A program made the position numbers and the translations under genes. Positions 1 to 10,656 of a stretch of DNA of 64,000 nt are shown one piece after another; the first letter of the stretch is position 1; every line of letters starts with the position of its first letter. The stretch comes from Candidatus Bathyarchaeota archaeon (GTDB lineage: Archaea > Thermoproteota > Bathyarchaeia > 40CM-2-53-6). The notes under the pieces were generated by a model. It saw only the letters and a list, made by a program, of their open reading frames with translations. It did no database searches and was not told the DNA's origin. The DNA is taken from NCBI GenBank assembly GCA_963833125.1, contig CAWHWX010000016.1, positions 416,001-480,000 on the forward strand, written 5' to 3'.

Positions 1-112
1 GCCGGCCTTCGGCATCCAGACACAAACGGAGAACCCACAACTAGAATAATAAAACAGGAATTAGCCCAAGCTCTGCATAGAACAAAATAACCGCAGTCCC
101 GAACACGAACGA

Positions 113-499
113 CGAGCGATTGCCGACAAACAACCTAAGACGCTAATTACTGACGGCGCACCAAACTTCCATGAAGCCTACGAGAAAGAGTTCTACACAA
201 ACCGACTAGAAACAAGAACGGAACACATTCGCGATATTCGTATGGATGGAACGGTTCACCACAACAAAATGGAAAGAATGAATGGGGAAATTCGTGACCG
301 AGAACGCGTCATGCGCACTCTCGAAAAATCAAACAGCCCAATAGTTGCGGGCTATCAACTATTTCACAACTATATTCGCCCACATATGTACTTAGAAGGA
401 AAGACCCCCGCAGAAGCGGCAGGAATCAAAGTTGAGGGAGAGAACAAGTGGTTGACTTTGATTCAGAACGCAACCCGTAAAGGTAGAGATACCAAATAG
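113..499 (+). mobile_element. 5'-truncated DDE transposase remnant (IS6-like, archaeal type)
   Basis: Frame upstream of the listed ORF reads PKTLITDG...; then NKMERMNGEIRDR and FHNYIRPH..L.GKTPAEAAGI, typical of a DDE/integrase C-terminus. In-frame stop at 62-64; no N-terminus or inverted repeat found. Confidence 0.75.
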
Positions 500-546
500 C
501 CCACGCATGCCAAAAGCTGCAATTTCTAAGGAAAGATGGTTGTGAA

Positions 547-2335
547 TTGGGGGCGCTAGGCGATTTTGATGCTCGTGCTGGCTTTCATTATCTGAGAAAG
601 TGGGTTGTCGTAGCGATTGCCACTGGCATCGTCGCTGGTCTCGGAGCATTAGTCTTAATTCGAGGCATAGATTTCTTCACGAAACTATTCCTCGTCGGAA
701 TAGTGGGATATGCGCCGCCGCTACCCGGTGGCGAGACACAAAATCATCTGATCACCATCATTATCGCCCGACCATGGCTAATACCAGTCTCCACAGGCTC
801 TGGGGGGATTGCTAAGTGGCATATTGGTTGCGAAGTTAGCTCCTGAAGCCAAGGGTGTTGGAACTGACGCTGCGATAGGCGAATTCCATAAAGGACACGC
901 TCTGATTCGCACTCGCGTGCCACTGGTTAAACTCCTCACCTCAGCCATCACGATAGGTTCAGGGGGTACTTCCGGCCGTGAAGGACCGATAGCCCAGATA
1001 GGCGCTGGTTTGGGCACGCAAATTGCGAAGTTATTCAACCTTACAGAGCGTGAGAGGAGAATCGCCCTCGCAGCGGGACTTGGAGCGGGTATTGCTGCGA
1101 TCTTCAAGGCTCCTCTAGCTGGGGCAATTCTGGGTGGTGAGATATTCTACAAACATGATTTTGAAGCTGAAGCCATGATTCCAGGATTCATAGCCTCAAC
1201 AGTAAGCTACACGATCGTAGGCTTCGTGACAGGATGGCAACCAATCTTCAGTACCGGAGTCACCCCAGTAGCATTCATACATCCAGAGGCACTGCTCCTC
1301 TATGGAGTGCTAGGGGTTGTATGCGCTGCGTTCGCGCACTTGCTCTTCAAAGTCTACTTCACGGTTCATGACATCTTTGAGAAGATTCGAATACCCCTCT
1401 TCATCAAACCTGCGATTGGCGGGCTTTTAGCAGGAGTCATTGGCATTTTCGTTCCTTCCGTCTTGGGCGTAGGTTATGGTTGGGCTCAGCTTGCGCTTAA
1501 CCAGAACTACCAAGTTTTACCCCCGACGATAATGATACTGGCTATTTTCGCTGAGATTTTTGCTATGTCGTTTACATTGGGTTCAGGTGGTAGTGGAGGA
1601 TTATTTGGTCCCTGTGTTGTTACGGGTACGATGATTGGTGCCGCTTTCGGTTACTATGCGCATCAAGCCTTTCCCGCAACTGTGACGAACCCATCTAACT
1701 TCGCCATTGTTGGGATGATGGCTTTCTTCGGTGGTGCCGCGAAGTCACCCTTAGCAGTCATCGTAATGATCGCAGAGATGACTGGCGGCTATGGTTTGCT
1801 CGCTCCATCAATGATCGCTGTGGTTGTTGCATACTTGCTCACTGGAAATTTGAGCATATTCTACAATCAGGTGGACAGTGTTGAAGAATCTCCTGCTCAC
1901 ATTGAGGAGTATGAGACGTTAGCCCTGAAGAGGATTAGGGTCGCTGACGTTATGACAAGGAACGTAGTATCGATAAAGCCAGCCATCAGCGTTCAAGTAG
2001 CTTTAGACTTGATGGAGGCGAACCTTGTAGGCGGCTTGCCTGTGGTATCGAACGGCAAATTGGTGGGGATGGTTACAAGGACTGACATACTGAAGCTTGA
2101 GCCTTCAAAACGCGCAGAAAAGACCGTTAATGATGTTATGACGGTGCAGTTGCTGGTCGCGTCACCTGAAGAAGACTTGTTTTTGGCGTTGACGAGAATG
2201 ATGAGCAGAGGCGTAGGCAGACTTCCAGTCGTTCCGAACGACAACCCAGAGGCAATGATCGGCATAATCACACGCACCGACATTTCGAAGGCAATCGAAA
2301 AACATCGTCTCAGCCAATCGTCTATGAGCAAGTAG
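547..2335 (+). CDS. ClC family chloride channel/antiporter with C-terminal CBS pair (frameshift near 810)
   Basis: GSGGTSGREGP, FKAPLAG and GSGGSGGLFGP ClC motifs; two CBS domains; ORF 547..846 supplies the N-terminal helices. Confidence 0.9.
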
Positions 2336-2352
2336 CGAGGAAGAAAAATCGG

Positions 2353-2625
2353 GTGACCTCGCTGCCAAGAACGAAACGAATCAAACAGGTTCGGAGAACA
2401 TTAGATTACTTGGCTTACGCCTCTCTCTTCTTCGATATCTGCATCGCAATAATTACCTCTATGAGCATCATTGGGTTTGGCGATAACCGCATGCTGTTTC
2501 TGGTTCCAATCAACTACCTCCTTACAGGCGTAGTTATCCTTTCTCTAGTTTCCTTTGCTACATTGCTGATTCTGAAACATGAAGAAACAATCCTCGTAAA
2601 GTTACTCCGCATCAAGAAATCTTGA
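2353..2625 (+). CDS. small two-TM membrane protein
   Basis: Two hydrophobic helices; directly follows the ClC gene. Confidence 0.55.
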   Translation: MTSLPRTKRIKQVRRTLDYLAYASLFFDICIAIITSMSIIGFGDNRMLFLVPINYLLTGVVILSLVSFATLLILKHEETILVKLLRIKKS

Positions 2626-2792
2626 GCAAGAATCTAAACCCGTATCTGGCGGAGACTGGCGTTACCACGGGAGAACTCCCGCTGAAGCAACTGGAATACG
2701 CGTTGAATGTAAGAATAAGTGGCTAACTATCGTGCAAAATTCTTCGTGCGAGTATTCTTAAGTTACTGAGGCAGATTTCGCTGCGATAAGCC

Positions 2793-3250
2793 TTGTCAGC
2801 AGAAGAGAGACCAACGGTTGCGTTCGTCCTCTCACTGATTGGAGGCATCTTCATTCTGCTCGGCGGAGCAATGATGTCAATGATAGGTCCATTCGGGTTT
2901 GGCGGGATGATGAACGACTATGCGGTTACGGAGGATACGGAGGGAATAGTTGGTTTGGGGGAATGATGGGCCGATACTCCGGTCCAGCGTTCGGCATAAT
3001 GGGGGGATACGGGTTCGGCAGAATATTCGGCGTTGCAGGCGTACTGTTCGGAACAATCGTCGTAGTCAGTGCCCTAATGCTATACAACGAACCGATCGAA
3101 CACTTCAAGTGGGGCCTCTTGATTTTGATCTTCTCGGTCCTGAGTATACTCGGGAGTGCGATGGCAGGCTTCGGAGTAGGGTTGATACTTGGAGTTCTCG
3201 GTGGAATATTCGCGTTGATTTGGAGACCACCAAGCACATCGAAAACGTAA
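2793..3250 (+). CDS. Gly/Met-rich membrane protein (frameshift near 2920)
   Basis: TTG at 2793 gives MSAEERPTVAFVLSLIGGIFILLGG...; continues in ORF 2963..3250 with GFGVGLILGVLGGIFAL. Confidence 0.65.
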
Positions 3251-3569
3251 ACGCCCTTGGAGCTTAGCGATAAAGCAGACGAAAAGCAACAGCCCTCTGC
3301 GGCTGACGAGAAGGTAATGTTACCCTTGATTGGTTTCTCTCTAATCGCCTGTAACATTAAATCCTTCATCTACCCCGCGCGACTCGCATTCGTGTCAGTT
3401 GAAGAGTACGAGAAACAGGTTTTGGGGGTTGTGACGAAATTGGGAAGCTTCTGGGTATAAATTGGGCATAACCGGAAATATTCAGCCTGGAGCGCTTGAG
3501 TCAATTCTCTTACCTCTAATCGATAGATATCATTCGTGAGAACTACAACCGACAGGAGAGTGACAGCTG

Positions 3570-4649
3570 GTGCATACACTTGTTACGGGGGGCGCGGGCT
3601 TCATCGGTTCCCACATTGTGCAAGCCTTGGTCGCACGCGGGGACCAGGTTAGCGTACTCGACAATCTCAACCAGAGAGTCCACGGCGACGAGCCCCCAAA
3701 CTTCTCTGAGAACGTCAGATTCATTCATGGTGATCTCTTGTCACCCTCTTCAGTGCGTGATGCGGTCGGAGATGAAGTCGACGTGGTGTTTCATGAGGCT
3801 GCAATGGTAGGATTCGGAAAAGGCGGGACCGATGCACAGGACTATGTTACAACAAATGTGATCGGTACAATCCGGCTAATGGACGCCATTGCTAAGAATG
3901 GAAACTCCAAACACCCGCGTTTTGTTCTCGCTTCGACAATGGCCATCTATGGTGAAGGTTGCTATGTATGCAGCGCGTGCGGCGAAGTGCAAGATGGGGT
4001 ACGCCGACACGAAGACCTGGAGAATCTCAAATGGGACCCACTCTGCGTCAAGTGTGGAGAGAAACTTGACCCACGCCCGGTAACCGAAAGCCAGCCTCCT
4101 CGGCCTGGAACCGTCTATGCGATTACTAAGTTAAATCAAGAACTAATTTGCATGAGTCTTGGTCGCGAATCCAATATTCCTGTCGTCGCTCTTCGATATC
4201 ATAACGTTTACGGACCTCGGATGCCTCGCGACACACCCTACGCGGGCGTGGCATCCATCTTCAAGAGCCGCCTCCTCTCAGATCTTTCCCCCATCATTTA
4301 CGAAGACGGGAAGCAACTTCGGGATTTCGTCCATGTTGAGGATATTGTTCAAGCAAACCTTATCGCGGCAGACGCTCCCGAGGAGGATGTTGCCTTTGAA
4401 GCATTCAACGTGGGAACCGGACTGCCGCACGCAATCATTGACTTCGCACATGAATTAGCCAAATCCCTAGCTCCTGATATTCGACCCGAATTCCCCGGGT
4501 TATTCCGCTTAGGAGACGTACGTCATATCTTCGCGAATGTTTCGAAAATAGAGCGGCTGGGTTTTAAGCCCCGGGTTTCCTTTGAACAGGGTGTTTCAAG
4601 ATTCGCGCAAGAACCTGCGCGAGCCCCACCGAAGGTTGTGTTTTCGTGA
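3570..4649 (+). CDS. NAD-dependent epimerase/dehydratase (extended SDR) with a CxxC...CxxC insert
   Basis: TGGAGFIG, YAITK (YxxxK), RYHNVYGP and RDFVHV motifs. Confidence 0.92.
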   Translation: MHTLVTGGAGFIGSHIVQALVARGDQVSVLDNLNQRVHGDEPPNFSENVRFIHGDLLSPSSVRDAVGDEVDVVFHEAAMVGFGKGGTDAQDYVTTNVIGTIRLMDAIAKNGNSKHPRFVLASTMAIYGEGCYVCSACGEVQDGVRRHEDLENLKWDPLCVKCGEKLDPRPVTESQPPRPGTVYAITKLNQELICMSLGRESNIPVVALRYHNVYGPRMPRDTPYAGVASIFKSRLLSDLSPIIYEDGKQLRDFVHVEDIVQANLIAADAPEEDVAFEAFNVGTGLPHAIIDFAHELAKSLAPDIRPEFPGLFRLGDVRHIFANVSKIERLGFKPRVSFEQGVSRFAQEPARAPPKVVFS

Positions 4650-5346
4650 CTGGGCACCAGGTTGCTGTAATTCTTCCTGCATTGAATGAAGCGCAAGCTG
4701 TCGAAGCCGTCGTTGAGGGTTTTCTTCGCGAGGGCATGCGCGTTATCGTTGTCGATAACGGAAGCACAGATGGCACGGGACCGACGGCTGCGCGAGCCGG
4801 GGCAGAAGTCGTATACGAAAAGACCCGAGGATACGGTAGCGCATGTCTTGCCGGTCTATCTTACCTCACTCCTCACTCCCCTAGCATTGTAGTGTTTGCA
4901 GACTGTGATGGAACCCTCGATCCTCATGATATTCGAAGGTTGATTGCACCAATTGAGTCGGGGGCTGCGGATGTGGTTCTCGGCCGAGCACGTCCGGGTG
5001 GAAAAAGGAGCTCTACCGACCCACCAAAAACTCGGGAACACAATTTCATGTATCCTTTTGCAAACATTGTACGGACTTGCTGTTAGGGATGTCCCACCAT
5101 ACCGCGCTCTCCGGTGGTCCTTCCTTTCCGAGCTAGGCCTTTCCGATAGGACCTATGGCTTCCCCGTCGAAACCGTTGCGCTTGCGGCGCGAAGAGGAGG
5201 CCGACGTTGAAGAAGTTGATGTAAGTTATCGAGTTCGAGCTACAGGACAGAGCAAAGTTACCGGGTCACTCAAAACCTCTCTTCGAGCAGGGATGATCAT
5301 GATAGTTTTACTGATAGGACTGCGGTTCAGGAAGCTGCCGAATTGA
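4646..5346 (+). CDS. GT2 glycosyltransferase, DPM-synthase-like (two frameshifts)
   Basis: PALNEA, VVDNGSTDGT, GYGSAC, DCD and YRVRATGQSKVTG spread over ORFs 4646, 4944 and 5155. Confidence 0.85.
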
Positions 5347-6077
5347 AGAGGAAAGCAGTTCTTGTCTTCGCGCGAAGACCCGAACTTGGCCGAGTTAAGA
5401 CACGCCTTGAGACCTGTATCGGGGCTCCTAAAACGCTGTCCCTCTATCGAGCATTCCTCACCGACACCTTGCTCGCGGCGCGTGAATCTCGGGCGCAAGT
5501 AATATTGGCTCATACGCCTGGCCCTGATTTTCCCGAGCAAAGCTTTGCCGATGTTACGCTTGAACAGCGAGGTAACACGTTTGGAGAAAGATTCGACGCA
5601 GCTTTAGAGGACGCGGCTAATCAACTACCCAAGAAAACGCCCCTGGTATTAATCGGAGCAGATACACCGCATCTGTCACCCCAGTTTCTTCGAAGAACAT
5701 TCGGCATCCTTAGTCAGAATGATGCGGTGATTGGGCCAAGCACCGATGGCGGATTTTATCTTCTCGGATTCTCGTCCCGACCCATCCCAGTGTCTGAAGC
5801 ATTTTCTGAACCAAGCACGGCAAACTCAGAGGCTGTTCGACTCTTGCGCGAAGCTTGCATCGAACCCATATTCGTTCAAGAGCAGTTTGACGTTGATTGT
5901 CCACAAGACCTAATGAAGCTCATTCACCTTATCAATAACTTACAAGCGTCCCACGCTGATTGGATCCCTAAGAATACTCGAAAGGTGTTACATAATGAGG
6001 GAATCCTCGCTTTGATGGTCAAATTGGAGAACGCTCAGACGGCAGTAGGCATGGCGAGAGAATCCGTAGGGAATTGA
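5343..6077 (+). CDS. DUF2064/TIGR04282-like GT-A glycosyltransferase
   Basis: ARRPELGRVKTRL, Q.G.TFGER, IGADTP, GPSTDGGFYLLG and DVD motifs. Confidence 0.85.
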   Translation: MKRKAVLVFARRPELGRVKTRLETCIGAPKTLSLYRAFLTDTLLAARESRAQVILAHTPGPDFPEQSFADVTLEQRGNTFGERFDAALEDAANQLPKKTPLVLIGADTPHLSPQFLRRTFGILSQNDAVIGPSTDGGFYLLGFSSRPIPVSEAFSEPSTANSEAVRLLREACIEPIFVQEQFDVDCPQDLMKLIHLINNLQASHADWIPKNTRKVLHNEGILALMVKLENAQTAVGMARESVGN

Positions 6078-6141
6078 ATTAGATTAGTTTCCTTCGGTAA
6101 CATGCGAAAGCAGATAATTTGAACGAGCGTATGGATCTGAC

Positions 6142-7300
6142 TTGTTCCAAAGAACAGAAGCAATGATACATCACCTGGTTGCTCGAACGCCGTTAAGGAC
6201 TGTAATGGTTGTCGCGATCTTATCTCGACTATTCGTCTTTGTAGTAGCGGTTGCTTCTAACCATGTTTTCGGAATCAATCCCACCTGTCCCTCATTCGGC
6301 TGCTGGAGTATTGATCTTCCCTTCTTCAATCTATTTTCGCGCTGGGACAGCGGCTTTTACGCGGACATTGCTCGCTCCGGGTACGGAACTCAAATTTCGC
6401 CTAGGTGGGAATTCTTTCCGTTCTATCCTATCCTCATGGGAACTTTCGGACGTCTATTGGCATTAATTTCTCCCATCCCATTAGATTTGGCGGTTCACAT
6501 CGCAGGGTTCGCCATAAGCAACCTCGCATTCCTAGGCGCCGTTATCTTCCTGTACAAACTCTCGGAACGAATTTTGGGAGAAAAAAGGCTGGCTTCCGAA
6601 GTCGGCGATCTTACTCGCCATCTACCCCGCGGGCGTTTTCTTCTCGGCCACGTATTCCGAATCGCTGTTTCTATTCCTGACGCTAAGTTCTCTCTACTAT
6701 TGGTACGTGAAGCGAATAGGCAAAGCGGGAGTATTGGGGTTTCTTGCAGCGTTAACGAGACCAGTTGGAATTTTTCTGGCTGTCCCCTACCTGTATGAGG
6801 TATTAGTTGACTCGACCGAACGGAGATCGGCACGCATGTACTTGCCAGTTGTGAGTGTGTTGCTGGGATATCTTAGTTTCATGGCGTATAGTCAGTTAAT
6901 GACCGGAACGCTCTTCGCGAATTTTGCTGCTGCACGCGTCTTCTGGAAAGTTACGCCCGATGCAATTGCCATCCTGATTTTGGCTCGAAACGAGATATTT
7001 GACCATCCAATAATTGTCCCATATCTAGCGCTTGGCATAGGTGGAATAGTTGCTTCTCTAGCCACTGCGCAGAGCCGACCTGAAAAGGTGATGGGTCTGT
7101 ACGCGATCTGTTTACTTGCCTCATACGCTCCTATTCCCATAATCTCTTTCCCGCGCTATTCGGTTACGTTGGTGCCAATGTACTGGGGACTTGCGAAGTT
7201 GTCACGGTGGCCCTTGGTGAAGGGTTTAATTTACGCCATTTTCCTGATCCTACTCGCCGTTGGAACTGGGCTGTTTGTGAACTGGTACAGTTTCTACTAG
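6142..7300 (+). CDS. GT-C membrane glycosyltransferase, PIG-V/mannosyltransferase-like (frameshifted)
   Basis: RWDSGFY, FFPFYP, LAALTRPVG and FPRY motifs; multiple TM helices across ORFs 6142 and 6707. Confidence 0.8.
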
Positions 7301-7434
7301 AATTGCGTATGTTGCATTGCTTCAACCGCATTCAATCTTTGTGACAGAACTGAACTTTCAGGTGGTTTTCGGAACAGAATCTGGTCAAAGATTATTAGGT
7401 GACCGAATAGTCACGACTGGAGTGGAAACGTAGA

Positions 7435-8193
7435 TTGCCGGATCAAACGAGAACAAGCCCACAGAGAAGTAAAATGATTGTGGCTTCAGCAATCGTTCTC
7501 GCAGTGATTGTTCTTGGAGTAATAGGATGGCGCCTAATCCCGCCCGCGTCGACAGCATCAACCAGTACAGCCGTCACCCTTCCAACTTCGTCAAGTATGG
7601 CCGACGCTTCAATATCCGGCGCATCAAACTCGTCTAATTTGGCGTCCACGCTACTCGCAGGTTCTCCGCCGACATTGGGTTCACCCAACGCCTCGGTGAC
7701 AATAGTGGAGTTCGGCGACTACCAATGCCCAACCTGCGGCGCATGGTACAACTCGCAAGAAGCTTCGTTGATTCAGAACCTCGTCGATAGCGGGAGGGCT
7801 AAGCTAGTATGGCGGGATTTCGATTACTATGGACCTGACTCAGTTTCAGCGTCAGAGGCAGCGTACGCAGCGGGAGAGCAGGGCAAGTTCTGGCAGTTCC
7901 ATGACCTCCTCTTCCAGAGTCAACAGACTCCAAACAGCGGATGGGCTAGCCGACAAAACATGGAGACGTTCGCGAAACAACTAGGATTGAACATGACAGA
8001 GTTCGACCAGTCATTCAACAGCGGAAAATACGACCCACTCATCAACGCAAATCACGCCCTAGGAGTTCAGGCGGGAGTAACTGAAACACCCACATTCTTC
8101 CTCATCGGACCAAACGGTAAGATGATAACTATTGCGGGCGGTCAACCGGAATCAGTGTTTGAACAGGCCGTCGCCTCGCTGACTAGTGGGTAA
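7435..8193 (+). CDS. membrane-anchored DsbA/thioredoxin-fold oxidoreductase
   Basis: N-terminal TM; EFGDYQCPTC; GVTETPTFF. Confidence 0.9.
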   Translation: MPDQTRTSPQRSKMIVASAIVLAVIVLGVIGWRLIPPASTASTSTAVTLPTSSSMADASISGASNSSNLASTLLAGSPPTLGSPNASVTIVEFGDYQCPTCGAWYNSQEASLIQNLVDSGRAKLVWRDFDYYGPDSVSASEAAYAAGEQGKFWQFHDLLFQSQQTPNSGWASRQNMETFAKQLGLNMTEFDQSFNSGKYDPLINANHALGVQAGVTETPTFFLIGPNGKMITIAGGQPESVFEQAVASLTSG

Positions 8194-8698
8194 AATGGCC
8201 TCTCCGATCCTGGACACATTCAAAGACGCCAGATACGTTCTGCTTAGCCTGGTGATCATGGTTGGCTACGGAACCATGCTCCTCTTCTTCGATTCATTTC
8301 TCTTCTTCGTGCCTTACTTCACATTCTACGTCTCAACATCGGCGTATGCGAGCCTTCTGCTTGATTTGTTGTTGACCTTCTTGACGGCGATCGTGCTTGC
8401 AGTATCAATTAGACAGATTTCTCTTCAAAGGCAGGGCGGAAGCGCTTCCAAGACTGGAATGCTAGGAATCTTTGCAGCTCTACTTGCGGGGGCGTGTCCC
8501 TGTTACTACTTAATTCCCCTTTTAGCGGTTGCTGGCACGATTGGAGGAGCACTAGGAGCAGTGGGCATTCTTCTAAACGCGTTCCAAATTCCAATCAAGT
8601 TGGGTGCCATGCTGATTCTCGTAGTGGCGACGTACAAGTTGAACAAATCGGGAGTATGCAAAATTAGGCCTTCGTCTCACACTATCTTACAAAAGTAA
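8186..8698 (+). CDS. membrane protein with conserved-looking Cys motif (GACPC)
   Basis: About four TM helices; overlaps the dsbA stop. Confidence 0.65.
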   Translation: MGKMASPILDTFKDARYVLLSLVIMVGYGTMLLFFDSFLFFVPYFTFYVSTSAYASLLLDLLLTFLTAIVLAVSIRQISLQRQGGSASKTGMLGIFAALLAGACPCYYLIPLLAVAGTIGGALGAVGILLNAFQIPIKLGAMLILVVATYKLNKSGVCKIRPSSHTILQK

Positions 8699-8917
8699 TC
8701 GCTCAATTGACCCACAGTCTTTCGATGACATTATCGAAAATAGTGGCCGTACTGTTTAGTGGTGCCACTTGATTGGGCGAAAATCTGGTACAATTTGGGC
8801 AAAGGCTTTTCGTAAGCCCAAAGCAGACCCGCCATCGAACACTCTTGATGCAGGCAAGTCAAGCCGCGACTAAAATCGTCTCAAGCTTCTACCCGGTATA
8901 GCATTCCATCATGCAAC

Positions 8918-10000
8918 TTGACGGAGCGATGGATCACAGTCACCCTCAGCCACGGGATTTGGAGTAGATTATTGGTGCAAGGAACGTACGCCAGAAAGCT
9001 TGCACTTATACTGTTACTCATTTTGAGTGCTTCTTCTCAGGTGTGGGCGCCATCTTCTCAATCTTACTTGCCAGAGATCGAGCGTGCTGTCAGTTACTTG
9101 GTTTCACATTACAATTCGAAGGTTGGGTTAATTTATGAATCTGAGGACGCGGGGAAGACGCATTGGCTTGCTCGAACCGAGTACCCTAACTTTCATTGGC
9201 ATTACTCTCAGGTCTTTTGGTTGTACTCGGACAATCTGTTCGCCGCGTATGCTCTGTTGCCATATGATCCCGAATTAGCACATGAAATCAATGCTACGCT
9301 ACATCGCTACAACCCGCCGTTCAGCAACAAGTTCGAATCTGTGATAGGATTCCCAGTTGGCCCAGACAGAAGCGCCCGTGACGTAATTGTCAATCAATCC
9401 GACACGTTTGTGGTACTTTACAGGATTCATGACGGCCCCATCGGGAATCCTAAGATTCCGTTCGCAGACGCGATCATGTATCGTGCCCTCAGCGAATACT
9501 ACCTGGGCGAGACGGAATCGGCTGTAAAGGATGTTAATTGGGCTGCGAGCTTATGGAACGGCACTTGCCTCGTGGATCATGGAGTAACACAGAGTACCCT
9601 GACCGCCAGTGATGCTCCCTCGGACATTCAATGGTGTACGAACATGAAGGTGGCTCTGCTACTATACGGCGCACAAGTAATAGGCGTCAACCTGCCGAAC
9701 TTCAATCAACTAGAATCACACTTGTGGAGCATGCAAAACAAGGAGGGTGGGATAACTACACTGGCCACGGGGCAGGGGCAACCTTCGGGAAGCGCAAACT
9801 GCGAAACAACTGCGCTAACCCTACTCGTGTACAATCGAGCACTAATCAGTCGGTTGCATGAGCAACCTATCTCGAAACTAACTAACCTCCCCCGCAACAC
9901 TGTCGACCTTCACACCTTAACGCTCATGCATGTGTTAGAATATCTGACGAAGAAGACAGGACTGAGGGCTCAGTCGGCTTTTGTTTCAGCACGGTTTTGA
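8918..10000 (+). CDS. secreted hypothetical protein, possible alpha/alpha barrel
   Basis: Signal-like N-terminus; LWSMQNKEGGI resembles a QW-type repeat. Confidence 0.55.
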   Translation: MTERWITVTLSHGIWSRLLVQGTYARKLALILLLILSASSQVWAPSSQSYLPEIERAVSYLVSHYNSKVGLIYESEDAGKTHWLARTEYPNFHWHYSQVFWLYSDNLFAAYALLPYDPELAHEINATLHRYNPPFSNKFESVIGFPVGPDRSARDVIVNQSDTFVVLYRIHDGPIGNPKIPFADAIMYRALSEYYLGETESAVKDVNWAASLWNGTCLVDHGVTQSTLTASDAPSDIQWCTNMKVALLLYGAQVIGVNLPNFNQLESHLWSMQNKEGGITTLATGQGQPSGSANCETTALTLLVYNRALISRLHEQPISKLTNLPRNTVDLHTLTLMHVLEYLTKKTGLRAQSAFVSARF

Positions 10001-10248
10001 CCTTGTAGCTCAAGTATTCTTGTGGCAATTTCTTCATTGAAGTCTATGAAGGTCTCTTCGCCAACGATTACTACTGGTACATGAGTAGCCGAACCTGTAC
10101 GTTCAACTAGTTCCTGAAGCGCGGAACGGTTCCGATCTATGTCGAACTCTTCAAACGCCACGAGATGGTCTGAAAGAAACTTGCGAGCTGCATCGCACGC
10201 GGCGCATTCCGAACCATGTGCAAGAAGCTTCACCGTGAACATAGACAT
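9970..10248 (-). CDS. glutaredoxin/NrdH-like protein
   Basis: CAAC motif; TGSATHVPVVIVG. Confidence 0.8.
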   Translation of the reverse strand: MSMFTVKLLAHGSECAACDAARKFLSDHLVAFEEFDIDRNRSALQELVERTGSATHVPVVIVGEETFIDFNEEIATRILELQGQNRAETKAD

Positions 10249-10464
10249 TGATACCTCTTCCTAGAGGATTTGCCTGGAGGTAAAATAGGTTCACCAAACT
10301 CATTCCCAAAAGAGACCCAAATCAAATTGGATCTAATGTTGATTCTGGTTTATCAAACAAGCTTAACGAATTGGTTCTGGTTCGGTTGACCGTCGAGCGT
10401 TATGGAACCCTATGTTTGATCTAAGCGTTAACCTAATGATCCTTCTCGTAGGGCCCAGGAGACT

Positions 10465-10485
10465 GCGGGCTCGCGCACTCAAGAT
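10465..10485 (+). repeat. 21-bp direct repeat, copy 1 (GCGGGCTCGCGCACTCAAGAT)
   Basis: Identical to 20222..20242. Confidence 0.85.
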
Positions 10486-10567
10486 GCGGACTCTCGAAGT
10501 GATATGTTTCCTTATTTTCCGCCGCTGGTGGATTGATGCCTCATGTAGGGATTCTGAACTTAAGGTA

Positions 10568-10591
10568 TGGCGCCGGGAGAGGGATTTGAAC
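10568..10591 (-). other. isolated tRNA 3' fragment (T-arm to CCA, tRNA-Ser-like), probable att remnant
   Basis: Minus strand reads GTTCAAATCCCTCTCCCGGCGCCA; no 5' half adjacent. Confidence 0.75.
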
Positions 10592-10656
10592 TAAAGGTTC
10601 AAGCTCCCTACATTTGGGGTTTCTACCGGCCACCCTCCCCAGAAGGTACGCACCTG

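Noticed and set aside
10568-10591. Functional or split tRNA gene
   Set aside because: Only 24 nt are present, with no D-arm, anticodon arm or trans-splicing leader. It is treated as an att remnant.
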